Assembly (NCBI GenBank): GCA_964016885.1
Contig: CAXHJY010000523.1
Coordinates: 62,001 to 126,000 of the forward strand
From: Eledone cirrhosa
Taxonomy: Eukaryota
DNA: 64,000 nt
Direction of reading: 5' to 3'
Shown here: piece after piece, positions 13,421-28,369 of the stretch
Position numbering within the stretch: the first letter of the stretch is position 1
Layout: every line of letters starts with the position of its first letter
Program-made: the position numbers and the translations under genes
The notes under the pieces: generated by a model
What the model was told of the DNA's origin: nothing
Databases searched by the model: none
Seen by the model: the letters and a program-made list of their open reading frames with translations, nothing else

Positions 13421-16400
13421 AGACACATACACACAGGCTGAATATCCACAGTGACACTAGTTGACAGTAAGAAACACACAGGCTGAATATCCACAGTGAC
13501 ACTAGTTGACTGTATCACACACATACAGGCTGAATATCCACAGTGACACTAGTTGACAGTAAGACACACACACACAGGCTGAATAACCACAGGGACACTA
13601 GTTGACTGTAACACACACATACAGGCTGAATATCCACAGTGACACTAGTTGACAGTAAGACACACACACACAGGTCGAATATCCACAGTGACACTAGTTG
13701 ACAGTAAGACACACACACACAGACTGAATATCCACAGTGACATTAGCTGACAGTAAGACACACACACACAGGCTGAATAACCACAGTGACACTAGTTGAC
13801 AGTAAGACACACACACACAGGTCGAATATCCACAGTGACACTAGTTGACAGTAAGACACACACACACAGACTGAATATCTACAGTGACATTGCTTACCGC
13901 AAGACACACACACACAGACTGAGTAATCACAGTGACACTAGTTGACAGTAAGACACGCAGAGGCTGAATATCCACAGTGACACCAGTTGACAGTAAGACA
14001 CAGACAGGCTGAATATCAACAGTGACACTAGTTGACAGTAAGACACACACACACAGGCCGAATAATCACAGTGACACTAGTTGACTGTTTCACACACATA
14101 CGGGCTGAATACCCACAGTGACACTAGTTGGCAGTAAGACACACACACACAGGCTGAATATCCACAGTGACACTAGTTGACAGTAAGACACAAACACACA
14201 GGCTGAATATCCACAGTGACACAAGTTGACAGTAACACATACACACACACAGGCTGAATATCCACAGTGACACTAGTTGACAGTAAGACACAAACACACA
14301 GGCTGAATATCCACAGTGACACTAGGTGACAGTAACACATACACACACACAGACTGAATAACCACAGTGACACTAGTTGACAGTAAGACACACACACACG
14401 GACTGAGTATCCACAGTGACACTAGTTGACAGTAATACACACACACACAGGCTGAATATCCACAGTGACGCTAGTTGACAGTAACACACACACACAGGCT
14501 GAATATCCACAGTGACACTAGTTGACAGTAACACATACACACATACAGGCTGAATATCCACAGTGACACGAGTTGACAGTAAGACACACAGGCTGAATAT
14601 CCACAGTGACACTAGTTAAGAGTAAGACACACACACGCAGACTGAATATCCACAGTGACAGTAGCTGACAGTAAGACACACACACAGGCTGAATATCCAC
14701 AGTGACACTAGTTGACTGTATCACACACATACAGGCTGAATATCCACAGTGACACTAGTTGACAGTAAGACACACACACACAGGCTGAATATCCACAGTG
14801 ACACTAGTTGACTGTATCACACACACACAGGCTGAATATCCACAGTGACACTAGTTGACAGTAAGACACACACAGGCTGAATATCAACAGTGACACTAGT
14901 TGACTGTATCACACACACGCACAGGCTGAATATCCACAGTGACACTAGTTGACAGTAAGACACACACACACACACACACACGCACACACACACAGGCTGA
15001 ATATCCACAGTGACACTAGTTGACAGTAAGACACACACAAGCTGAATATCCACAGTGACACTTGTTGACTGTAAGACACACACACACAGGCTGAATATCC
15101 ACAGTGACACTAGCTGACAATAAGACACACACACAGGCTAAATATCCACAGTGACACTAGCTGACAGTAAGACACATACACACAGGCTGAATATCCACAG
15201 TGACACTAGTTGACAGTAAGAAACACACAGGCTGAATATCCACAGTGACACTAGTTGACTGTATCACACACATACAGGCTGAATATCCACAGTGACACTA
15301 GTTGACAGTAAGACACACACACACAGGCTGAATAACCACAGGGACACTAGTTGACTGTAACACACACATACAGGCTGAATATCCATAGTGACACTAGTTG
15401 ACAGTAAGACACACACACACAGGTCGAATATCCACAGTGACACTAGTTGACAGTAAGACACACACACACAGACTGAATATCCACAGTGACATTAGCTGAC
15501 AGTAAGACACACACACACAGGCTGAATAACCACAGTGACACTAGTTGACAGTAAGACACACACACACAGGTCGAATATCCACAGTGACACTAGTTGACAG
15601 TAAGACACACACACACAGACTGAATATCTACAGTGACATTGCTTACCGCAAGACACACACACACAGACTGAGTAATCACAGTGACACTAGTTGACAGTAA
15701 GACACGCAGAGGCTGAATATCCACAGTGACACTAGTTGACAGTAAGACACACACAGACTGAATATCAACAGTGACACTAGTTGACAGTAAGACACACACA
15801 CACAGGCCGAATAATCACAGTGACACTAGTTGACTGTTTCACACACATACGGGCTGAATACCCACAGTGACACTAGTTGGCAGTAAGACACACACACACA
15901 GGCTGAATATCCACAGTGACACTAGTTGACAGTAAGACACAAACACACAGGCTGAATATCCACAGTGACACAAGTTGACAGTAACACATACACACACACA
16001 GGCTGAATATCCACAGTGACACTAGTTGACAGTAAGACACAAACACACAGGCTGAATATCCACAGTGACACTAGGTGACAGTAACACATACACACACACA
16101 GACTGAATAACCACAGTGACACTAGTTGACAGTAAGACACACACACACGGACTGAGTATCCACAGTGACACTAGTTGACAGTAATACACACACACACAGG
16201 CTGAATATCCACAGTGACGCTAGTTGACAGTAACACACACACACAGGCTGAATATCCACAGTGACACTAGTTGACAGTAACTCATACACACATACAGGCT
16301 GAATATCCACAGTGACACGAGTTGACAGTAAGACACACAGGCTGAATATCCACAGTGACACTAGTTAAGAGTAAGACACACACACGCAGACTGAATATCC

Positions 16401-16707
16401 ACAGTGACAGTAGCTGACAGTAAGACACACACACAGGCTGAATATCCACAGTGACACTAGTTGACTGTATCACACACATACAGGCTGAATATCCACAGTG
16501 ACACTAGTTGACAGTAAGACACACACACACAGGCTGAATATCCACAGTGACACTAGTTGACTGTATCACACACACACAGGCTGAATATCCACAGTGACAC
16601 TAGTTGACAGTAAGACACACACAGGCTGAATATCAACAGTGACACTAGTTGACTGTATCACACACACGCACAGGCTGAATATCCACAGTGACACTAGTTG
16701 ACAGTAA

Positions 16708-16743
<36 letters not shown>

Positions 16744-16810
16744 CTGAATATCCACAGTGACACTAGTTGACAGTAAGACACACACAAGCTGAATATCCAC
16801 AGTGACACTA
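13421..16810. repeat. 1749-bp tandem block duplication (domain B)
   Basis: ORF pairs 13515/15264, 13841/15590, 14173/15922 and 14817/16566 all have offset 1749. The rare marker GACATTGCTTACCGCAAG occurs at ~13886 and ~15635. Confidence 0.92.
14960..14994. repeat. Expanded CA linker (35 nt, one CG interruption); homologous tracts at 16709-16741 and 19390-19432
   Basis: Read directly from the sequence. Confidence 0.88.
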
Positions 16811-17694
16811 GCTGACAGTAAGACACACACAGGTTGAATATCCACAGTGACACTAGTTGACAGTAGGACACACACACACACAGGCTGAGTATCCACAGTG
16901 ACAGTAGTTGACAGTAAGACACACGCACACAGGCTGAATATCCACAGTGACACTAGTTGACAGTAAGACACACACACACAGGCTAAATATCCACAGTGAC
17001 ACTAGTTGACAGTAAGACACACACACACAGGCTGAATATCCACAGTGACACTACTTCACTGTAAGACACACAGGCTGAATATCCACAGTGACACTAGTTG
17101 ACAGTAAGACACACACACACAGGCTGAAAATCCACAGTGACACTAGTTGACAGTAAGACACACACACACATACTGAATATCCACAGTGACACTAGCTGAC
17201 AGTAAGACACACACACACAGATTGAGTATTCACAGTGACACTAGTTGACTGTATCACACACATACAGGCTGAATATCCACAGTGACACTAGTTAAGAGTA
17301 AGACACACACACGCAGACTGAATATCCACAGTGACAGTAGCTGACAGTAAGACACACACACAGGCTGAATATCCACAGTGACACTAGTTGACTGTATCAC
17401 ACACATACAGGCTGAATATCCACAGTGACACTAGTTGACAGTAAGACACACACACACAGGCTGAATATCCACAGTGACACTAGTTGACTGTATCACACAC
17501 ACACAGGCTGAATATCCACAGTGACACTAGTTGACAGTAAGACACACACAGGCTGAATATCAACAGTGACACTAGTTGACTGTATCACACACACGCACAG
17601 GCTGAATATCCACAGTGACACTAGTTGACAGTAAGACACACACACAGGCTGAATATCCACAGTGACACTAGTTGACTGTATCACACACATACAG

Positions 17695-19388
17695 GCTGAA
17701 AATCCACAGTGACACTAGTTGACAGTAAGACACACACACACATACTGAATATCCACAGTGACACTAGCTGACAGTAAGACACACACACACAGATTGAGTA
17801 TTCACAGTGACACTAGTTGACAGTAAGACACACACACACAGACTGAATATCCACAGTGACACTAGCTGACAGTAAGACACACACACACAGGCTATATATC
17901 CACATTGACACTAGTTGACAGTAAGACACACACACACAGCCTGAATATCCCCAGTGACACTAGTTGACAGCAAGACACACACACACACAGGCTGAATACC
18001 CACAGTGACACTAGTTGACAGTAAGACACACGCACACAGGCTGAATATCCACAATGACACTAGTTGACAGTAAGACAGACACACCCACAGGCTGAATATC
18101 CACAGTGACACTAGTTGACAGTAAGACACACACACACAGGCTGAATATCCACAGTGACACTAGTTGACAGTAAGACACACTCACACACAGGCTGAATATC
18201 CACAGTGACACTAGTTGACAGTAAGACACACAGAGGCTGAATATCCACAGTGACACTAGCTGACTGTAAGACACACACGGGCTGAATATCCACAGTGACA
18301 CTAGTTGACAGTAAGACACACACACACACACGGGCTGAATATCCACAGTGACACTAGTTGACAGTAAGACACACACACACGCACAGCCTGAATATCAACA
18401 GTGACACTAGTTGACGGTAAGACACACACACACAGGCTGAATATCCACAGTGACACTAACTGACAGTAAGACACACACAGGTTGAATATCAACAGTGACA
18501 CTCGTTCACAGTAAGACACACAAAGGCTGAATATCCACAGTGACACTACTTGACTGTAAGACACACAGGCTGAATATCCACATTGACACTAGTTGACAGT
18601 AAGACAGACACACACACAGGCTGAATATCCACAGTGACACTAGTTGACAGTAAGACACACACAGGCTGAATATCCACAGTGACACTAGTTGACTGTAAGA
18701 CACACACACACAGGCTGAATATCGACAGTGACACTAGTTGACAGTAAGACACACACAAACGGAGGCTGAATATCCACAGTGACACTAGTTGACAGTAAGA
18801 CACACACACACAGGCTGAATAACCACAGTGACACTAGTTGACAGTAAGACAGACACACACACAGGCTGAATATCCACAGTGACACTAGTTGAGAGTAAGA
18901 CACACATACACAGGTTGAATATCCACAGTGACACTAGTTGACAGTAAGACACACACAAACAGGTTGAATATCCACAGTGACACTAGTTGACAGTAAGACA
19001 CACACACACACAGGCTGAATATCCACAGTGACACTAGTTGACAGTGAGACACACACACACAAGCTGAATAACCACAGTGACACTAGTTGACTGTATCACA
19101 CACATACGGGCTGAATATCCACAGTGACACTAGTTGACAGTAAGACACACACAGGCTGAATATCCACAGTGACACTAGCTGACAGTAAGACACACGCACA
19201 CAGGCTGAATACCCACAGTGACGCTAGTTGACAGTAACACACACACACACACACAGGCTGAATATCCACAGTGACACTAGTTGACAGTAAGACACACACA
19301 CACAGGCTGAATATCGACAGTGACACTAGTTGACTGTATCACACACACGCACAGGCTGAATATCCACAGTGACACTAGTTGACAGTAA

Positions 19389-19434
<46 letters not shown>

Positions 19435-20870
19435 CTGAATATCCACAGTGACACTAGTTGACAGTAAGACACACACAAGCTGAATATCCACAGTGACACT
19501 TGTTGACTGTAAGACACACACACACAGGTTGAATATCCACAGTGACACTAGCTGACAGTAAGAAACACACAGGTTGAATATCCACAGTGACACTAGTTGA
19601 CAGTAGGACACACACACACACAGGCTGAATATCCACAGTGACAGTAGTTGACAGTAAGACACACGCACACAGGCTGAATATCCACAGTGAAACTAGTTGA
19701 CAGTAAGACACACACACACAGGCTGAATATCGACAGTGACACTAGTTGACAGTAAGACACACACACACAGGCTGAATATCCACAGTGACACTAGTTCACA
19801 GTGAGACACACACACACAGGCTGAATATCCACAGTGACACTACTTCACTGTAAGACACACAGGCTGAATATCCACTGTGACACTAGATGACAGTAAGACA
19901 CACACACACAGTCTGAAAATCCACAGTGACACTAGTTGACAGTAAGACACACACACACATACTGAATATCCACAGTGACACTAGCTGACAGTAAGACACA
20001 CACACACAGATTGAGTATTCACAGTGACACTAGTTGACAGTAAGACACACACACACAGACTGAATATCCACAGTGACACTAGCTGACAGTAAGACACACA
20101 CACACAGGCTATATATCCACATTGACACTAGTTGACAGTAAGCCACACACACACAGCCTGAATATCCCCAGTGACACTAGTTGACAGCAAGACACACACA
20201 CACACAGGCTGAATACCCACAGTGACACTAGTTGACAGTAAGACACACGCACACAGGCTGAATATCCACAATGACACTAGTTGACAGTAAGACAGACACA
20301 CACACAGCCTGAATATCCACAGTGACACTAGTTGACAGTAAGACACACACACACAGGATGAATATCCACAGTGACACTAGTTGACAGTAAGACACACTCA
20401 CACACAGGCTGAATATCCACAGTGACACTAGTTGACAGTAAGACACACAGAGGCTGAATATCCACAGTGACACTAGCTGACTGTAAGACACACACGGGCT
20501 GAATATCCACAGTGACACTAGTTGACAGTAAGACACACACACACACACACGGGCTGAATATCCACAGTGACACTAGTTGACAGTAAGACACACACACACG
20601 CACAGCCTGAATATCAACAGTGACACTAGTTGACTGTAAGACACACACAGGCTGAATATCCACAGTGACACTAGTTGATGGTAAGACACACACACACAGG
20701 CTGAATATCCACAGTGACACTAACTGACAGTAAGACACACACAGGTTGAATATCAACAGTGACACTCGTTCACAGTAAGACACACAAAGGCTGAATATCC
20801 ACAGTGACACTACTTGACTGTAAGACACACAGGCTGAATATCCACATTGACACTAGTTGACAGTAAGACA
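17695..20870. repeat. Block duplication with initial offset 2217 bp (about 17695-18600 vs 19912-20870)
   Basis: CATACTGAAT at 17741 and 19958. ORFs 17911/20128, 18011/20228 and 18111/20328. Shared GGCTATATATCCACATTG and CTCGTTCACAG markers. Confidence 0.85.
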
Positions 20871-23800
20871 CACACACAGAGGTTGAATATCCACAGTGAC
20901 ACTAGTTGACAGTAAGACACACACACACACAGGCTGAATATCCACAGTGACACTAGTTGACAGTGAGACACACACACACAGGCTGAATAACCACAGTGAC
21001 ACTAGTTGACTGTATCACACACATACGAGCTGAATATCCACAGTGACACTAGTTGACAGTAAGACACACACACACAGGCTGAATATCCACAGTGACACTA
21101 GCTGACAGTAAGACACACGCACACAGGCTGAATACCCACAGTGACGCTAGTTGACAGTAACACACACACACACACACAGGCTGAATATCCACAGTGACAC
21201 TAGTTGACAGTAAGACACACACACACACACAGGCTGAATATCGACAGTGACACTAGTTGACAGTAAGACACACACACACAGGCTGAATATCGACAGTGAC
21301 ACTAGTTGACAGTAAGACACACACACACAGGTTGAATATCCACAGTGACACTAGTTTAGAGTAAGACACACACACACAGGCTGAATATCCAGTGACACTA
21401 ATTGACAGTAAGACACACACACACAGGCTGAATATCCACAGTGACACTAGTTGACAGTAAGACACACACACACAGGTTGAATATCCACAGTGACACTAGT
21501 TGACAGTAAGACACACACACACAGGTTGAATATCCACAGTGACACTAGTTGACAGTAAGACACACACACACAGGTTGAATATCCACAGTGACACTAGTTG
21601 ACAGTAAGACACACACACACACAGACTGAGTATCCACAGTGACACTAGTTGACAGTAAGACACACACACACACAGACTGAGTATCCACAGTGACACTAGT
21701 TGACAGTAAGACACACACACACACAGGCTGAGTATACACAGTGACACTAGTTGACAGTAAGACACACAGAGGCTGAACATCCACAGTGACACTAGTTGAC
21801 GGTAAGACACACACACACAGGTTGAATATCAACAGTGAAACTAGTTGACAGTAAGACACACACAGGCTGAATAACCACAGTGACACTAGTTGACAGTATC
21901 ACACACACACAGGCTGAATATCCACAGTGACACTAGTTGACAGTAAGACACACACACACAGGCTGACTATCCACAGTGACACTAGTTGACAGGAAGACAC
22001 ACACACACACACACAGGCTGAATATCCACAGTGAAACTAGTTGACAGTAAGACACACTCACACACAGGCTGAATATCCACAGTGACACTAGTTGAAAGTA
22101 AGACACACAGAGGCTGAACATCCACAGTGACACTAGTTGACGGTAAGACACACACACACAGGTTGAATATCAACAGTGACACTCGTTGACAGTATGACAC
22201 ACACAGGCTGAATATCCACAGTGACACTACTTGACTGTAAGACACACAGGCTGAATATCCACAGTGACACTAGTTGACAGTAAGACACACACACACAGGC
22301 TGAAAATCCACAGTGACACTAGTTGACAGTAAGACACACACACACATACTGAATATCCACAGTGACACTAGCTGACAGTAAGACACACACACACAGGCTG
22401 AGTATTCACAGTGACACTAGTTGACAGTAAGACACACGGAGGCTGAATATCCACAGTGACACTAGTTGACAGTAAGACACACACACACAGGCTGAATATC
22501 CACATTGACACTAGTTGACAGTAAGACACACACACACAGCCTGAATATCCCCAGTGACACCAGTTGACAGCAAGACACACACACACACAGGCTGAATATC
22601 CACAGTGACACTAGTTGACAGTAAGACACACACAGGCTGAATATCCACAGTGACACCAGTTGAGAGTAAGACACACACACACAGGCTGAATATCCACAGT
22701 GACACCAGTTGACAGTAAGACAGACACACACACAGGCTGAATATCCACAGTGACACTAGTTGACAGTAAGACACACACAGGCTGAATATCCACAGTGACA
22801 CTAGTTGAGAGTAAGACACACACAGGCTGAATATCCACAGTGACACTAGTTGACAGTAAGACACACATACACAGGTTGAATATCCACAGTGACACTAGTT
22901 GACAGTAAGACACACACACAGAGGTTGAATATCCACAGTGACACTAGTTGACAGTAAGACACACACACAGAGGTTGAATATCCACAGTGACACTAGTTGA
23001 CACTAAGACACACACACAGAGGTTGAATATCCACAGTGACACTAGTTGACAGTAAGATACACACACACAGACTGAATATCCACAGTGACACTAGTTGACA
23101 GTAAGACACACACACACAGACTGAATATCCACAGTGACACTAGCTGACAGTAAGACACACACACACAGGCTGAATAACCACAGTGACACTAGTTGAGAGT
23201 AAGACACACATACACAGGTTGAATATCCACAGTGACACTAGTTGACAGTAAGACACACACACAGAGGTTGAATATCCACAGTGACACTAGTTGACAGTAA
23301 GACACACGCACACAGGCTGAATATCCAGTGACACTAGTTGACAGTAAGACACACACACACACAGGCTGAATATCCACAGTGACACTAGTTGACAGTAAGA
23401 CGCACACACATAGGTTGAATATCCACAGTGACACTAGTTGACAGTAAGACACACACACACACAGGCTAAATAACCACAGTGACACTAGTTGACTGTATCA
23501 CACACACACAGGCTGAATATCCACAGTGACACTAGTTGACAGTAAGACACACACACACACACAGGCTGAATATCCACAGTGACACTAGTTGATAATAAGA
23601 CACACACACACAGGCTGAATATCCACAGTGACACTAGTTGACAGTAAGACACACACACACAGTCTGAATATCCACAGTGACACTAGTTGACAGTAAGACA
23701 CACACACACAGGCTGAATATCCACAGTGACACTAGTTGACAGTAAGACATACACACACAGACTGAATAACCACAGTAACAATAGTTGACTGTATCACACA

Positions 23801-24859
23801 CATACGGGCTATATATCCCCAGTGACACTAGTTGACAGTAAGACACACACACACAGGCTGAAATTCCACAGTTGCACTAGTTGACAGTAAGACACACACA
23901 CACACAGGCTGAATATCCACAGTGACACTAGTTGACAGTAAGACACACACACACACAGGCTGAATATCCACATTGACACTAGTTGACAGTAAGACACACA
24001 CACACACACACACACAGGCTGAAATTCCACAGTGACACTAGTTAACAGTAAGACACACGCACACACACACACAGGCTGAATATCCACAGTGACACTAGTT
24101 GAGAGTAAGACACACACACACAGGCTGAATATCCACAGTGACACTAGTTGACAGTAAGACACACACACACAGGCTGAATTTACAGAATGACACTAGTTGA
24201 CAGTAAGACGCACACACATAGGCTGAATATCCAGTGACACTAGTTGACAGTAAGACACACACACACAGGCTGAATAACCACAGTGACACTAGTTGACTGT
24301 ATCACACACATACGGGCTGAATATCCACAGTGACACTAGTTGACAGTAAGACACACACAGGCTGAATATCCAGAGTAACACTAGTTGACAGTAAGACACA
24401 CACACACAGGTTGAATAACCACACTGACACTAGCTGACAGTAAGACACACACACACAGGCTGAATATCCACAGTGACACTAGTTGACGGTAAGACAGACA
24501 CACACACAGGCTGAATATCCACAGTGACACTAGTTGACAGTAAGACACACACACACAGGCTGAATATCCACAGTGACACATGTTGACAGTAAGACACACA
24601 CACACAGGCTGAATATCCGCAGTGACACTAGTTGACAGTAAGACACACACACACACAGGCTGAATATCCACAGTGACACTAGTTGACAGTAAGACACACA
24701 CACACACACACAGGCTGAATATTCACAGTGACACTAGTTGACAGTAAGACACACACACACACAGGCTGAATATCCCCAGTGACACTAGTTGACAGCAAGA
24801 AACACACACACATAGGCTGAATACCCACAGTGACACTAGTTGACTGTAAGACACACACA

Positions 24860-27800
24860 GGCTGAATATCCACAGTGACACTAGTTGACAGTAAGACACA
24901 CACACACAGGCTGAATATCAACAGTGACACTAGTTGACTTTAAGACACACACAGGCTGAATATCCACAGTGACACTAGTTGACGGCAAGACACACATACA
25001 CAGGCTGAATATCCAGAGTGATACTAGCTGACAGTAAGACACACACAGGCTGAATATCCACAGTGACACTAGTTGACTGTAAGACACACACAGGCTGAAT
25101 ATCAACAGTGACACTAGTTGACAGTAAGACACACACAGGCTGAATATCCACAGTGACACTAGTTGACTGTCAGACACACAGGCTGAATATCCACAGTGAT
25201 ACTAGCTGACAGTAAGACAGACACACACACAGGCTGAATATCCACAGTGACACTAGTTGACAGTAAGACATACACACACAGGCTGAATAACCACAGTGAC
25301 ACTAGTTGACAGTAAGACACACACACAGGCTGAATATCCACAGTAACGCTAGTTGACAGTAAGACAGACACACACAGGCTGAATAACCACAGTGACACTA
25401 GTTGAGAGTAAGACACACACACACAGGCGTAATATCCACAGTGACAATATTTGACAGTAAGACACACGCACACAGGCTGAATATCCACAGTGACACTAGT
25501 TGACTGTAAGACACACACACACAGGCTGAATATACAGAACGACACTATTTGACAGTAAGAAGCACACACATAGGTTGAATATCCACAGTGACACTAGTTG
25601 ACAGTAAGACACACACAGGCTGAATATCCACAGTGACACTAGCTGACAGTAAGACACACACACACAGGCTAAATAACCACAGTGACACTAGTTGACTGTA
25701 TCACACACACACAGGCTGAATATCCACAGTGACACTAGTTGACAGTAAGACACACACACACACAGGCTGAATATCCACAGTGACACTAGTTGACAGTAAG
25801 ACACACACACACAGGCTGAATATCCACAGTGACACAAGTTGACAGTAAGACACACACACACAGGCTGAATATTCACAGTGACACTAGTTGACAGTAAGAC
25901 ACACACACACAGGCTGAATATCCACAGTGACACTAGTTGACAGTAAGACACACACACACAGACTGTATAACCACAGTAACAATAGTTGACTGTATCACAC
26001 ACATACGGGCTGAATATCCACAGTGACACTAGTTGACAGTAAGACACGCACACACAGGCTGAAATTCCACAGTGACACTAGTTGACAGTAAGACACACAC
26101 ACACACACAGGCTGAATATCCACAGTGACACTAGTTGACAGTAAGACATACACACACACAGGCTGAATATCCACAGTGACACTAGTTGACAGTAAGACAC
26201 ACACACACAGGCTGAATATCAACAGTGACACTAGTTGACTGTAAGACACACACAGGCTGAATATCCACAGTGACACTAGTTGACGGCAAGACACACATAC
26301 ACAGGCTGAATATCCACAGTGATACTAGCTGACAGTAAGACAAACACAGGCTGAATATCCACAGTGACACTAGTTGACTGTAAGACACACACAGGCTGAA
26401 TATCAACAGTGACACTAGTTGACAGTAAGACACACACAGGCTGAATATCCACAGTGACACTAGTTGACTGTCAGACACACAGGCTGAATATCCACAGTGA
26501 TACTAGCTGACAGTAAGACAGACACACACACAGGCTGAATATCCACAGTGACACTAGTTGACAGTAAGACATACACACACAGGCTGAATAACCACAGTGA
26601 CACTAGTTGAAAGTAAGACACACACACAGGCTGAATATCCACAGTAACACTAGTTGACAGTAAGACAGACACACACACAGGCTGAATAACCACAGTGACA
26701 CTAGTTGACGGTAAGACACACACACATAGGTTGAATATCCACAGTGACACTAGTTGACAGTAAGACACACACAGGCTGAATATCCACAGTGACACTAGTT
26801 GACTGTAAGACACACACACACAGGCTGAATATACAGAATGAAACTAGTTGACAGTAAGACGCACACACATAGGTTGAATATCCACAGTGACACTAGCTGA
26901 CAGTAAGACACACACAGGCTAAATAACCACAGTGACACTAGTTGACTGTATCACACACACAAAGGCTGAATATCCACAGTGACACTAGTTGACAGTAAGA
27001 CACACACACACACAGGCTGAATATCCACAGTGACACTAGTTGACAGTAAGACACACACACACAGGCTGAATATCCACAGTGACACAAGTTGACAGTAAGA
27101 CACACACACACAGGCTGAATATTCACAGTGACACTAGTTGACAGTAAGACACACACACACAGGCTGAATATCCACAGTGACACTAGTTGACAGTAAGACA
27201 CACACACACAGACTGTATAACCACAGTAACAATAGTTGACTGTATCACACACATACGGGCTGAATATCCACAGTGACACTAGTTGACAGTAAGACACGCA
27301 CACACAGGCTGAAATTCCACAGTGACACTAGTTGACAGTAAGACACACACACACACACAGGCTGAATATCCACAGTGACACTAGTTGACAGTAAGACATA
27401 CACACACACAGGCTGAATATCCACAGTGACACTAGTTGACAGTAAGACACACACACACAGGCTGAATATCAACAGTGACACTAGTTGACTGTAAGACACA
27501 CACAGGCTGAATATCCACAGTGACACTAGTTGACGGCAAGACACACATACACAGGCTGAATATCCACAGTGATACTAGCTGACAGTAAGACAAACACAGG
27601 CTGAATATCCACAGTGACACTAGTTGACTGTAAGACACACACAGGCTGAATATCAACAGTGACACTAGTTGACAGTAAGACACACACAGGCTGAATATCC
27701 ACAGTGACACTAGTTGACTGTCAGACACACAGGCTGAATATCCAGAGTGATACTAGCTGACAGTAAGACAGACACACACACAGGCTGAATATCCACAGTG

Positions 27801-28330
27801 ACACTAGTTGAAAGTAAGACATACACACACAGGCTGAATAACCACAGTGACACTAGTTGACAGTAAGACACACACACAGGCTGAATATCCACAGTAACAC
27901 TAGTTGATAGTAAGACAGACAGACACACAGGCTGAATAACCACAGTGACACTAGTTGACAGTAAGACACGCACACATAGGTTGAATATCCACAGTGACAC
28001 TAGTTGACAGTAAGACACACACAGGCTGAATATCCACAGTGACACTAGTTGACTGTAAGACACACACACACAGGCTGAATATACAGAATGAAACTAGTTG
28101 ACAGTAAGACGCACACACATAGGTTGAATATCCACAGTGACACTAGCTGACAGTAAGACACACACACACAGGCTAAATAACCACAGTGACACTAGTTGAC
28201 TGTATCACACACACACAGGCTGAATATCCACAATGACACTAGTTGACAGTAAGACACACACACACACAGGCTGAATATCCACAGTGACACTAGTTGACAG
28301 TAAGACACACACACACAGGCTGAATATCCA
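24860..28330. repeat. About 2.7 copies of a 1250-1301-bp sub-HOR nested in the 6899-bp unit
   Basis: ORFs at 24881/26182/27432, 25159/26460/27710 and 25688/26938. Markers GACTGTCAGAC and GACTGTATAACCACAGTAACAATAG. Confidence 0.88.
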
Positions 28331-28369
28331 CAGTGACACTAGCTGACAGTAAGACACACACACACAGGC

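Noticed and set aside
16645-19326. ORF offset of 2681 equal to the 554/3235 offset in domain A
   Set aside because: The two regions have different variant content. Equal offsets are plausible by chance when lengths are sums of similar monomers.
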